NCBI GenBank assembly: GCA_033763905.1 | Contig: JANRJP010000116.1 | Location: forward strand, 1 to 38,247 | Reading direction: 5' to 3' | Origin: Gemmatimonadaceae bacterium | GTDB taxonomy: Bacteria; Gemmatimonadota; Gemmatimonadetes; Gemmatimonadales; Gemmatimonadaceae | DNA: 38,247 nucleotides | Shown here: piece by piece, positions 1 through 11,108 of the stretch | Layout of the letters: each line of letters begins with the position of its first letter | Position numbering within the stretch: position 1 is the first letter of the stretch | Position numbers and translations under genes: made by a program | Notes under the pieces: generated by a model | What the model was told of the DNA's origin: nothing | Databases searched by the model: none | The model's input: only the letters and a program-made list of their open reading frames with translations

Positions 1-1104
1 GGCGCGCTCCTCGTGCGCGAGCGCTGGGCCAAGGCGCTGGGTGCCGAATCGGCCGGGTTCGTGTCGTCGCCCCGGCTGTCGCACTTCGACGAACCGTGGG
101 CCCCCCGCGCCGTCTCCGTGGTGCCCGCGGGAACGGTGCTCGCCAACGCCCGCTTTGCCCCGGCGCTGACCAAGGCGCCGGCTGTCGATCGCTGGGTCGC
201 CGGTGGGCAGTTGGCCGCCGTTCGACTCACGCGTGATGTCCCCGCGACGGCGTTGCACGCGGACGGCGTGCGCTTGGAGGACTTCGCTTCGCCCGATGGT
301 GCGACGGCTGACATTGCGGGCTGGTGGCTCGAGGCGCCGTGGGATGTGATCCGGCACCTGCCGGCGATGCTGACGCACGACGTGCCGCTGTTGGCGAAGG
401 TGTACAAGGCCAAAGTGATGGGCGGCGCGGCGGTGCGCGGCCAGCACAAGGTCTACGTCGAGGAGGGCGCGGAGGTCGAACCTTACGTGCTGCTCGACGC
501 ACACGCCGGTCCAATTCTCATCCGACGCGGTGCGGTGGTGCAGGCCTTCACGCGACTCGTTGGGCCCGCTGTCGTCGGCATCGACTCGACCGTGTTCGGC
601 GATCGCATCGCGACGGTGAGCATCGGCGAGCGCTGCAAGGTGCACGGCGAGGTGAGCACCACGGTGTTCATCGGGCACGCCAACAAGGCGCACGACGGAT
701 TCGTGGGGCACTCGGTGCTGGGACGCTGGGTGAATCTCGGGGCCGGCACCACGACGTCCAACCTCAAGAACACCTACGGCACGGTGCAGTGCTGGACGCC
801 GACAGGGCTCAAGGACACGGGGCTGCAGTTCCTTGGCACCCTGTGCGGCGATCACGTGAAGACGGGTATCGGGCTGCAACTGACGACGGGCAGCGTGCTC
901 GGCGCTGGGGCGAACCTGTTCGATGCGATGCCGCCGCGCGTCGTCGCGCCGTTTTCCTGGGGCAGCGCCGCGCCGTACGACGTGTTCGCGCTGGAGAAGT
1001 TCCTCTCCGTGGCCACGCGCGCGATGGCGCGGCGCGACGTGCCGCTGAGCGACGCGGCCCGCGCGATGCTCGCTGAGGCGCACGCGGCCCGCTGGTCGGT
1101 CTAA
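1..1104 (+). CDS. GlmU-related sugar nucleotidyltransferase/acetyltransferase-like protein (alternative bacterial GlmU family), 5' partial
   Basis: Frame is open from base 1 (GALLVRERW). Hexapeptide beta-helix region and motifs NKAHDGFVGHSVLGRWVNLGAGTTTSNLKNTYG and GLQFLGTLCGDHVKTGIG. Confidence 0.75.
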   Translation, partial: GALLVRERWAKALGAESAGFVSSPRLSHFDEPWAPRAVSVVPAGTVLANARFAPALTKAPAVDRWVAGGQLAAVRLTRDVPATALHADGVRLEDFASPDGATADIAGWWLEAPWDVIRHLPAMLTHDVPLLAKVYKAKVMGGAAVRGQHKVYVEEGAEVEPYVLLDAHAGPILIRRGAVVQAFTRLVGPAVVGIDSTVFGDRIATVSIGERCKVHGEVSTTVFIGHANKAHDGFVGHSVLGRWVNLGAGTTTSNLKNTYGTVQCWTPTGLKDTGLQFLGTLCGDHVKTGIGLQLTTGSVLGAGANLFDAMPPRVVAPFSWGSAAPYDVFALEKFLSVATRAMARRDVPLSDAARAMLAEAHAARWSV

Positions 1105-1113
1105 GACCACCGG

Positions 1114-1929
1114 ATGCGGGTCTGGGTGTTGGGGAGCGGCAGCCGCGGCAACGCGGTGCTGGTCGAGGCGGCAGGCACGCGACTGTTGATCGACTGCGGC
1201 TTTGCCCCGCGCACGGTGGCCGCGCGGCTGTCGGCGGTGGGGCTCACGCCGTCTGATGTGTACGCCGTGGTGTTGACGCACGAGCACGGCGACCACGCGG
1301 GCGGGGCGCTGGCGTGTGCGGAGCGCTTTGGATGGCGCCTCTTTGCCAGTGCCGGCACCGCGGCCGCCCTGGGGAGGCCGGATATCGTGACGCCATTCGC
1401 AGTGGGCGCCACCGTAGCGATCGGCCACGCGGTGGTGGAGAGTGTGCGCGTGCCCCACGATGCGGCGGAACCCATTGCGGTGATCGTGGCGGCGCCCGGC
1501 TCTGGCGCGCGATGCGGCGTGGCGCTCGACCTCGGCCACGTGCCTGCTGGAATGCTGGCGCCGTTCAAGGATCTCGATGTGCTGGTGATGGAAGCGAATC
1601 ACGACCTCGCCATGCTCGAGGCGGGTCCGTATCCGCCGTCGGTTCGCGCCCGGATCGCCGGCCGGGCAGGCCATCTGTCGAACGACGATGCTGCGCGCGC
1701 GATTCGCGCCTTTGCGCACCGCGGATTGCGGCACGTGGTGCTGGCGCACTTGAGTGAGCAGTGCAACACGCCGGAGACGGCCGTGTTGGCCGTGCAGCGG
1801 GCGCTGGCGGGGAGTCGGTTCCGCGGCTCCGTGCACGCGGCACCGCCCGATGGGCCAATCGGGCCGTTCGCGCCGACCCGCGGTCGCGTCGAACGACCAG
1901 ATCAGTTCGAGTTGGAGTTACTGGGCTGA
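1114..1929 (+). CDS. MBL-fold metallo-hydrolase, YycJ/WalJ-like
   Basis: LGSGSRGNA, LIDCG, THEHGDH (HxHxDH), VPHDA, EANHD, GHLSN, LAHLS motifs. Confidence 0.85.
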   Translation: MRVWVLGSGSRGNAVLVEAAGTRLLIDCGFAPRTVAARLSAVGLTPSDVYAVVLTHEHGDHAGGALACAERFGWRLFASAGTAAALGRPDIVTPFAVGATVAIGHAVVESVRVPHDAAEPIAVIVAAPGSGARCGVALDLGHVPAGMLAPFKDLDVLVMEANHDLAMLEAGPYPPSVRARIAGRAGHLSNDDAARAIRAFAHRGLRHVVLAHLSEQCNTPETAVLAVQRALAGSRFRGSVHAAPPDGPIGPFAPTRGRVERPDQFELELLG

Positions 1930-1936
1930 ATGCGAC

Positions 1937-1966
1937 GGGCCCCCGACGCGCTGGCGTCGGGGGCCC
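1937..1966. terminator. GC-rich hairpin between convergent genes (probable bidirectional terminator)
   Basis: Perfect 13-bp stem GGGCCCCCGACGC / GCGTCGGGGGCCC with a 4-nt loop; no clear U-tract. Confidence 0.6.
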
Positions 1967-1984
1967 ATTCGCGTGGTGCTCGGG

Positions 1985-4033
1985 TTACTGGTCGCCGCGA
2001 ATCTTCGGGATCGCGACGCCCGCCGCACGGCGGACGTTCTCGGGCACCGTGTCATCGGACTCTCGGGCATTCGCGAGATCCCCGATGATGCCCAGCTGCG
2101 ACCGCGCCTTGGTGCCGCAGGCAGCCAGCGCTTCGATGGCCGAGACACGCGTGGATGCGCGCTCCCCGAGCAGTCGGTTCTTCACCAGCTGCGCACTGGG
2201 GTCGTCTTCGGGTGCCGGGATCACGAAGCTGATGTGCTCCTTGGCGACCGTGCCGAGGGGCTCGACCACGGCGGCATCGGCGGAACACGCCGCGCCAAGT
2301 CCGGCGACGATCGCCTGTCGACGGATCTCGCCATCGAGCAAGGTGCCGCGAGCTTCGGGCGAGCCCCACACGCGGGCCACGCGAGCCTTCTCGCGCTCGA
2401 TGCGCAACGCCGCCGTGTCGATCGGCGGGGGTGGCGGCGGTGCGGGCGTCGCGCCAGCAGCGCCGGCGGCTCCGGCGGCCGCAGGCGCCCCAGCGGCACC
2501 GGTCGTCGGCCCGGCGATCGGCGCCGGCTTCGCGCTGTCGGCCTTGGGCTTCACGGTATCAGCCGCGAGAGCCGGGGGCGCCGGATCGAGCTTGAGCCCG
2601 TCGATCTTGATCTCCTTGATGTCACCGGGCTCGACCACGACCGGGACATTGTGGGCGACCCACAACGAGTCGATGCGCTTGCGTCCGTTCGGTCCGAGAC
2701 TGGCGAGGGCGCGCGCCGCTTCCATCGCGACCAGCTGCCCTTCGGAGTACGTGACGACGGTTCTCGGCGTGGAGTAGTGCGGCGTCGGGCTGGCGATCAG
2801 GCCCAGCATCGCCGCATCCGCAGCCGACGCACTTTCACCCAGTTCCCGGAAGGCGCGAGCGAGCAGCAGATCGGTGGCCGATCCGTTCTTGCCGACCAAT
2901 CCCACCAGGGTTGGCAGGATCGGCGCGGCAGCCGCCTTGAGCTCGCCGACCAGATCGAGGTGACGCACGAGACTCTGCGTCTCGGGGACTTCCTTGTCGA
3001 TATCCGAGGGCGTGAGGGCCTTCGCGCGGTCCGCGAGCCGCGGGAGGCGCTCGGCCAACACCGCCACGAGCGTGTCGAGCGAACGCACGCGCGAAGGGTT
3101 CTTCACGATGAGCGCACTGATGCTGCGCGCGACGAGATCGACGATGCCGCGATCGGGCTCGGCACGCAGCCGCTGCGCGAAGGGGACAATGACGGCGTCG
3201 GGGTCCGCCTCTTCACCAAGCGGCTGCTGCGCGATGCCGTAGATGGTGCGCCACACGCGGGCGCGCGCGGACGGGCTCAGGTCGCCAATGAGCGAATCGG
3301 CGGCGACGGCGCTCAGGGCGCGGGGCCCCAAGCCAATGAGCAACGTGGACAGCGAATCCCCGTTGGTCTCGCGGCGGAGGCCAACGGCAAGTTCCGCCAA
3401 GTCGGCGGCGGTGTAGGCCTTCGGGCAATTCCCGGCGAGCCGCGCGGGCGCCGTCGCCCCAGCCGGCGTGCCGTGCAGGGCCACCAGGGAATCGACGAAC
3501 ACCGTGAAGCGGCTGCAGATCGCTTCCCACGGTGCAACAGGCATCCGCGGCCGGCCGACCGGCTCTTCGGCGGAGTCGGCGATGGCGAACACGAGTTCAC
3601 GGTCGGACGCGCGAATCGCGCAACCCATCGCAAACGTGCGCTGGACGTTGGTGCGGAGCTGCTGCTGGACCAGCGGCGCCGGTGGAACCTTGCCCGGGCT
3701 GCGCAGGCCGCACTGCTCGTTCATCGCGAGCGAGACGAAGGCGTGAATGCGCTGCGCAAACGCGCGCGATTCGGCAATCGTGGCATACCGGAGCGTTGAC
3801 CGCTCGGTCACACCGTTGCCCCACAGAACGACGCCCGTCGCCGTGGACTGCACGATGACGCTGTGCTCCGGCGGCGCATCGGCGCCAGCCGTGAATTCAA
3901 CACGGAAGGCGGGGACTGCGTTGGCAGGAGGAGCCGGGGTAGGTGCCGGCTTTTTCGATTGGGCGTGCGCGCCCTCGCCGGCGGTCGCGGTGGCCACTAC
4001 GAAGGCCGCGAGGGCCTGCAGGGTCTGGCGCAC
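1985..4033 (-). CDS. Large secreted hypothetical protein, probably alpha-solenoid/HEAT-like with an Ala/Pro linker (start uncertain: 4033, 4066 or 4111)
   Basis: Long ORF with a signal-peptide-like N-terminus ending AHA-Q; HEAT-like segments (AARALASLGP, RVSAIEALAACG, VRRAAGVAIPKI); low-complexity PAPPPPP linker. Confidence 0.6.
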   Translation of the reverse strand: MRQTLQALAAFVVATATAGEGAHAQSKKPAPTPAPPANAVPAFRVEFTAGADAPPEHSVIVQSTATGVVLWGNGVTERSTLRYATIAESRAFAQRIHAFVSLAMNEQCGLRSPGKVPPAPLVQQQLRTNVQRTFAMGCAIRASDRELVFAIADSAEEPVGRPRMPVAPWEAICSRFTVFVDSLVALHGTPAGATAPARLAGNCPKAYTAADLAELAVGLRRETNGDSLSTLLIGLGPRALSAVAADSLIGDLSPSARARVWRTIYGIAQQPLGEEADPDAVIVPFAQRLRAEPDRGIVDLVARSISALIVKNPSRVRSLDTLVAVLAERLPRLADRAKALTPSDIDKEVPETQSLVRHLDLVGELKAAAAPILPTLVGLVGKNGSATDLLLARAFRELGESASAADAAMLGLIASPTPHYSTPRTVVTYSEGQLVAMEAARALASLGPNGRKRIDSLWVAHNVPVVVEPGDIKEIKIDGLKLDPAPPALAADTVKPKADSAKPAPIAGPTTGAAGAPAAAGAAGAAGATPAPPPPPPIDTAALRIEREKARVARVWGSPEARGTLLDGEIRRQAIVAGLGAACSADAAVVEPLGTVAKEHISFVIPAPEDDPSAQLVKNRLLGERASTRVSAIEALAACGTKARSQLGIIGDLANARESDDTVPENVRRAAGVAIPKIRGDQ

Positions 4034-4195
4034 GGCCAGCGGGCGAATCGGTCGGGGCAAGATCACGTACGGCGACAGGTTCGACGGGCTGAAACTCTGC
4101 AGGGAATGCACTGGTCATAAGATCAGATTTCGCTTCACGTTACGCAAGGCGTGACGCGCTTGCGAAGGCGCGTACGGGGTTAAGCTTTCCGGCAT

Positions 4196-5824
4196 ATGTC
4201 GTCACCAGCCGTACCCAGCCGCTCGCCTCGCCCGGAGTACCCCCAGACCGGCGAGCACCCCGTCCTCGCCACGGAGCCGCTGAGCGCTCCCGGCCGTGCC
4301 GATTGGGGACGCGACCTCCCCGCCTCCGTTGTCGTGGCGCTGGTGGCCTTGCCCTTGTGCCTCGGCGTCGCGCTGGCCTCAGGCGCCCCACTGATCGCGG
4401 GACTGGTCGCGGGCGTCATCGGCGGGCTGGTGGTGGGCCCGTTGTCCGGGTCGGCGCTGATGGTCAGCGGCCCGGCGGCCGGCCTGACCGCGATCGTGAT
4501 ATCGGCGATCGCCACGCTGGGCAGCTTCGAGAAATTCGTTGTCGCGGTGATCATCGGCGGCGCCGTGCAACTCGGACTGAGCGCGCTCCGCGCCGGCTTC
4601 GTCGCGTACTACATCCCGAATGCGGTCATCAAGGCGATGCTGGCGGCGATCGGCGTGATCCTGATCCTCAAGCAGGTGCCCCACGCGGTCGGGTACGACC
4701 CCGACCCGATCGGGTCGCTGGCCTTCGAGGAGCCGCAGCACGAGAACACCTTCAGTGCGGTCGCGCACGCGATGCGCGTGATCGAGCCGCTCGCCATTGT
4801 GCTCTCGGTCGTCGCGCTGGTCGTCCTGTTCGCTTGGGAGCGCCCGGCACTGGCGAAGGTCAAGAAGGTGCTGCCAGCGCCGCTGGTGGTCGTCCTGCTG
4901 GGCCTCGGTGCGAACGCGCTGGCCGCCGGCACATCGTGGATGCTGGGGACCGAGCATCTGGTGGCCCTGCCGACCCCCGACTCGGCCGCGGCGTTCTTTG
5001 GACAGTTCGTGCGACCGGACTGGAGCGCCTTCGCGAGCCCGGCGATTTGGAAGGTCGGGCTCACGATCGGCTTGGTGGCGTCGGTCGAGACGCTGCTGTC
5101 GCTCGAGGCAACGGACAAGCTCGACCCGTGGCGGCGGCGGACGTCGGCGAACCGCGAGTTGTTCGCGCAGGGCATCGGGAACCTGGCGAGCGGCTTGGTC
5201 GGCGGCCTGCCGATGACCGGCGTGATCGTGCGATCGGCGGCCAACATCTCGGCGGGGGCCCGCACCAAGACCTCGGCCATTCTCCACGGCGGGTGGTTGC
5301 TCCTCGCCGTGCTGTTCATTCCCGGCGTGCTCAATCGCATTCCGCTGGCGGTGCTCGCCGCAATTCTGCTGCACACCGGATGGAAGCTGACACACCCGCG
5401 CATTCTGACCGCCACGTGGAAGCTGGGGTGGATGCAGTTCTTCCCGTTCAGCGTGACGTTCGTGACGATTCTGGTGACCGACCTGCTGATCGGCATCGGC
5501 GTCGGCTCGGCCGTGGCCGCCGTGTTCATTCTGGTCGAGCACCTGACGGCGCCGGCGTTCACGGAAGTGAGTGCGCCGGGCGCGGTGCTGCGTCGCATTC
5601 GGCTCAACGGCCACGTGACCTTCTTGAACAAGGCGATGCTCCGGCGGATGCTGGAGTCCCTGCCCCCGGGCGCGCGACTCGAGGTGGACGGCCGCGAGTC
5701 GAAGCGCATCGACGTGGACGTGCTCGAGATTTTGCACGAGTTCCAGCTCACCGCGCGGCTCAAGGACATCGACTATCGCCTGGTGGGTGTGCCGGAGCCG
5801 GCCGCCGGCGCGGGCGCCCACTGA
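4196..5824 (+). CDS. SulP/SLC26 family inorganic anion (probably bicarbonate) transporter with short STAS-like C-terminus
   Basis: VVVALVALPLCLGVALASGAP, VSGPAAGL, NRELFAQGIGN, GGLPMTGVIVRS; many TM segments; adjacent to a carbonic anhydrase. Confidence 0.9.
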   Translation: MSSPAVPSRSPRPEYPQTGEHPVLATEPLSAPGRADWGRDLPASVVVALVALPLCLGVALASGAPLIAGLVAGVIGGLVVGPLSGSALMVSGPAAGLTAIVISAIATLGSFEKFVVAVIIGGAVQLGLSALRAGFVAYYIPNAVIKAMLAAIGVILILKQVPHAVGYDPDPIGSLAFEEPQHENTFSAVAHAMRVIEPLAIVLSVVALVVLFAWERPALAKVKKVLPAPLVVVLLGLGANALAAGTSWMLGTEHLVALPTPDSAAAFFGQFVRPDWSAFASPAIWKVGLTIGLVASVETLLSLEATDKLDPWRRRTSANRELFAQGIGNLASGLVGGLPMTGVIVRSAANISAGARTKTSAILHGGWLLLAVLFIPGVLNRIPLAVLAAILLHTGWKLTHPRILTATWKLGWMQFFPFSVTFVTILVTDLLIGIGVGSAVAAVFILVEHLTAPAFTEVSAPGAVLRRIRLNGHVTFLNKAMLRRMLESLPPGARLEVDGRESKRIDVDVLEILHEFQLTARLKDIDYRLVGVPEPAAGAGAH

Positions 5825-5845
5825 CCTCATTTCCCCTCCCGTCGT

Positions 5846-6475
5846 ATGCAGCGCTACCGCAAGATTTTCGAGAACAACGAAGCGTGGGCGAAGGCCAAAG
5901 TCGCCGAGGATCCGCAGTTCTTCGTGAAGAGCGAAGAGAAGCAGGAGCCGCACTTCCTCTGGATCGGCTGCTCGGACAGCCGCGTGCCCGCCGAGCAACT
6001 CGCGGGCGCGGTGCCGGGCGACATCTTCGTGCACCGGAACATCGGCAATCAGGTCTGGGCCACCGACATGAACCTGTTGTCGGTGCTGCACTATGCCGTG
6101 CACGTGCTCGACGTGAAGCACGTGATCGTGGCGGGTCACACGAATTGCGGCGCGATCAAGGCGGCGTATGGGCAGCACACGTTCGGCATTCTCGATCACT
6201 GGCTGAGTGACATCCGCACGGTGGTGCGCACGCATCACGAGGAACTCGAGGCGATCGAGGACGAGCAGAAGCGGATGGACCACCTGTCCGAGCTGAATGT
6301 GCTGCAGCAGGTGGGCATTCTCTCGCGCACGCCGACGATTCTGGACGCCTGGGCGCGCGGACGTCGCCCGATCCTGCACGGGATCGTCTACAGCGTGGCG
6401 GACGGCCGCCTGCACTCGGTGGTCGAAGGCGTGGACGGGACCGACAAGGCGCGCTCGATGCTGCCGCAGTTCTGA
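5846..6475 (+). CDS. can: Beta-class carbonic anhydrase
   Basis: IGCSDSRVP, HRNIGN and GHTNCGAI zinc-ligand motifs. Confidence 0.9.
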   Translation: MQRYRKIFENNEAWAKAKVAEDPQFFVKSEEKQEPHFLWIGCSDSRVPAEQLAGAVPGDIFVHRNIGNQVWATDMNLLSVLHYAVHVLDVKHVIVAGHTNCGAIKAAYGQHTFGILDHWLSDIRTVVRTHHEELEAIEDEQKRMDHLSELNVLQQVGILSRTPTILDAWARGRRPILHGIVYSVADGRLHSVVEGVDGTDKARSMLPQF

Positions 6476-6517
6476 GTCGCGGCGCGCGGCGCCGCGATCG
6501 CGTCGGGTAACAACGCA

Positions 6518-6554
6518 CATCGGGGCGGGAGACCAGTGGTCTCCCGCCCCGATG
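6518..6554. terminator. Hairpin between convergent can and groL (probable bidirectional terminator)
   Basis: Perfect 17-bp stem CATCGGGGCGGGAGACC / GGTCTCCCGCCCCGATG with loop AGT. Confidence 0.7.
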
Positions 6555-6575
6555 CGTGTCCGTGACGGACTGGGC

Positions 6576-8234
<1,659 letters not shown>

Positions 8235-8537
8235 TCAGCCGACGATCGCGAGGACGTCGGACTCGCGGAGGATGAGGTACTGCTCGCCGTCGACGGTGAC
8301 TTCGGTGCCGCTGTACTTCCCGTACAGCACCTTGTTGCCGACCTTCACTTCCATCGGGACGCGCACGTCCTTCTCGAAGCGGCCGGGGCCCACAGCAACG
8401 ACTTCACCCTGCTGCGGCTTTTCCTTCGCGGTGTCGGGGATGTAAAGCCCGCCGCGCATCTGCTCCGACTCCTCCGTCGCCTTGACGACGACGCGGTCGG
8501 CGAGCGGAGACACCTTGATGCTGGTCTTGGTGGCCAC
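8235..8537 (-). CDS. groS: Co-chaperonin GroES
   Basis: [42 protein letters not shown] start at 8537 preceded by a GGAGGT Shine-Dalgarno sequence. Confidence 0.98.
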   Translation of the reverse strand: MATKTSIKVSPLADRVVVKATEESEQMRGGLYIPDTAKEKPQQGEVVAVGPGRFEKDVRVPMEVKVGNKVLYGKYSGTEVTVDGEQYLILRESDVLAIVG

Positions 8538-8589
8538 GGAATGACCTCCGAATGTGAAAGTGGATTGGACTGATGAAACCACGGGAGTA

Positions 8590-8616
8590 CTAGCACTCAC
8601 ACCCGGTGAGTGCTAG
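8590..8616. promoter_or_regulatory. CIRCE element (HrcA operator) upstream of groES
   Basis: CTAGCACTC-N9-GAGTGCTAG matches consensus TTAGCACTC-N9-GAGTGCTAA except at the outermost base of each arm. Confidence 0.92.
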
Positions 8617-8623
8617 CAAGGGA

Positions 8624-8652
8624 AACTTGCCGATTCTCGCTGGCAGAGTCAA
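8624..8652 (-). promoter_or_regulatory. Putative sigma70-type promoter of groESL
   Basis: Minus strand TTGACT-17 nt-CAAGTT, 7 nt upstream of the CIRCE, which is the usual geometry. Confidence 0.55.
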
Positions 8653-8795
8653 GCCCCTTTCTGTCGCGCAAGTTGAACTCTACCAACAACTTACGCGCCT
8701 GCCATTCCGGCAAGCCTCGACCCCGCCCCACGCCGCTTCGGCGGGGGATGCTGTCAGCGTGGCGGTGTTTTTCGCGCCGGCGGGATGCCGACCGA

Positions 8796-9566
8796 CTACT
8801 TCAGCAACGCGTGGGCCATTGCCAGGCCCTGCAGCGTCAGGTCAGGCTCGACCCGATCGATCGTCGTGCACAGTGGCTGCATCACCGACGCCAAGCCACC
8901 GGTGGCCACCACCATCGGCGTCGCCGACGTCGGCCACTCGGCGCGGATCCGCGTGACGAGCCCGTCGATGCTCGCCGCGGCACCGAACATCACACCGGCC
9001 CGAATGCAGGTCTCGGTGCGCTTGCCGATCACCGCCACGGGCGGCACGAGCTCGGTTGCCGACAGGCGCGCCGCGCGACGAAACAGCGTCTCGGCCGACG
9101 TACGGATGCCGGGCTGAATCACGCCGCCCAAAAACACCCCGTCGGCCGTGATGCAGTCGTAGGTCGTCGCCGTGCCCAGATCGACGACAATGCAGTCGGC
9201 GTTGAAGCGCCGGCTCGCCGCGAGGGTGTTGATCAGGCGGTCGGCGCCAACGGTATTCGGCTCCTCCACATCCAGCGTGATCGGCAGCGGGCTCTGGGCA
9301 TCCACGACCACCGGCTCGACCCCTTCCAGGCGTCGGCACGCCTCCGCCAGCGGATGGGTGAGCGCCGGCACGACCGAGCCGATGGCCGCACCGTGCACGT
9401 CGGCAGCGGAGACGCCGGCCAGGCCGAGCAAGCCGACGATCTGCAGGGCGAGTTCATCCGGGGTGCGCGACGGCTCGGTGGTCAGACGCCAGTGATGGTG
9501 CACCTCGAGGCCGCGACAGAGGCCGACGGTGGTTTCGGTATTGCCGACATCGAAGACGAGCAGCAC
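8796..9566 (-). CDS. coaX: Type III pantothenate kinase
   Basis: LLVFDVGNTET, VGADR, VVDLGTATTYD, FLGGVIQPG, VVATGG, LTLQGL; GTG start with GGAG upstream. Confidence 0.93.
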   Translation of the reverse strand: MLLVFDVGNTETTVGLCRGLEVHHHWRLTTEPSRTPDELALQIVGLLGLAGVSAADVHGAAIGSVVPALTHPLAEACRRLEGVEPVVVDAQSPLPITLDVEEPNTVGADRLINTLAASRRFNADCIVVDLGTATTYDCITADGVFLGGVIQPGIRTSAETLFRRAARLSATELVPPVAVIGKRTETCIRAGVMFGAAASIDGLVTRIRAEWPTSATPMVVATGGLASVMQPLCTTIDRVEPDLTLQGLAMAHALLK

Positions 9567-9580
9567 AGAACGCTCCGGAC

Positions 9581-10304
9581 TCAGGCGAAGAGCAACGAAC
9601 CCGCGTGGAAAGTGGCGACCACGTCGCCGTGTTGCACCTGCAATCCGCCGTTGGGGTCGATCCCGACGACGGTTCCTTCCGCTGGTGAGCGAATCAGCCG
9701 CCCGCGCGCGAGATCGCGACAGGCCCAGGCCGCGCGCTCGTCCTCGGTGAGCGGCCCCCGCCCCGCCGCGGCAGTCCGGACGGCGGTCACCACCGCCGCC
9801 AGCACATCCAGCCGCGACGCCCCGGGGAGGCCTTCGGCGCCCACGCCCGGCGGTGGCACGACGTTCACGCCGACGCCCACGACCACCCAGAGCGGGCGCT
9901 CGTCCTGCCATCGCGCCTCGATCAGGATGCCCGCGAGCTTCCCTTCCCCGGCGAAGAGATCGTTCGGCCACTTGAGACGAAGCGGCCCGTCCCGCAGCGG
10001 CTCGAGCGCCTCCGCCAGGGCCAAGCCCGTGCGCAGGGCGAGCACCTGCGTCGTCCGCGCATCCGCAGGGCGCAGGATGATCGAGACCCAGACGCCGGCG
10101 CCTGCGGCGCTCGCCCAGGTCCGCCCGTGCCGACCGCGTCCCGCCGTCTGGGTATCCGCAAGCACCACCGACATCGCCGGCGCGCCGGCGTCCGCCAGCA
10201 CGTGCGCGCGGTCGTTCGTCGACCCGATGCGGCCGTGGACTTCGACGGCGGGCACGCCGAGCATCGCAGACAGCGCTGCGGCGTCGCGACGTTCGTACTG
10301 CAGC

Positions 10305-10312
<8 letters not shown>
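9581..10312 (-). CDS. birA: Biotin--[acetyl-CoA-carboxylase] ligase (no N-terminal HTH)
   Basis: GSTND, QTAGRGRHGRTW, LKWPNDL, KLAGILIE, GVGVNV; GTG start overlaps the uppP stop. Confidence 0.9.

Positions 10313-11104
<792 letters not shown>

Positions 11105-11108
<4 letters not shown>

Noticed and set aside
8726..8747. Small hairpin downstream of coaX as a terminator or ncRNA
   Set aside because: Short, bulged stem with no U-tract; insufficient support.
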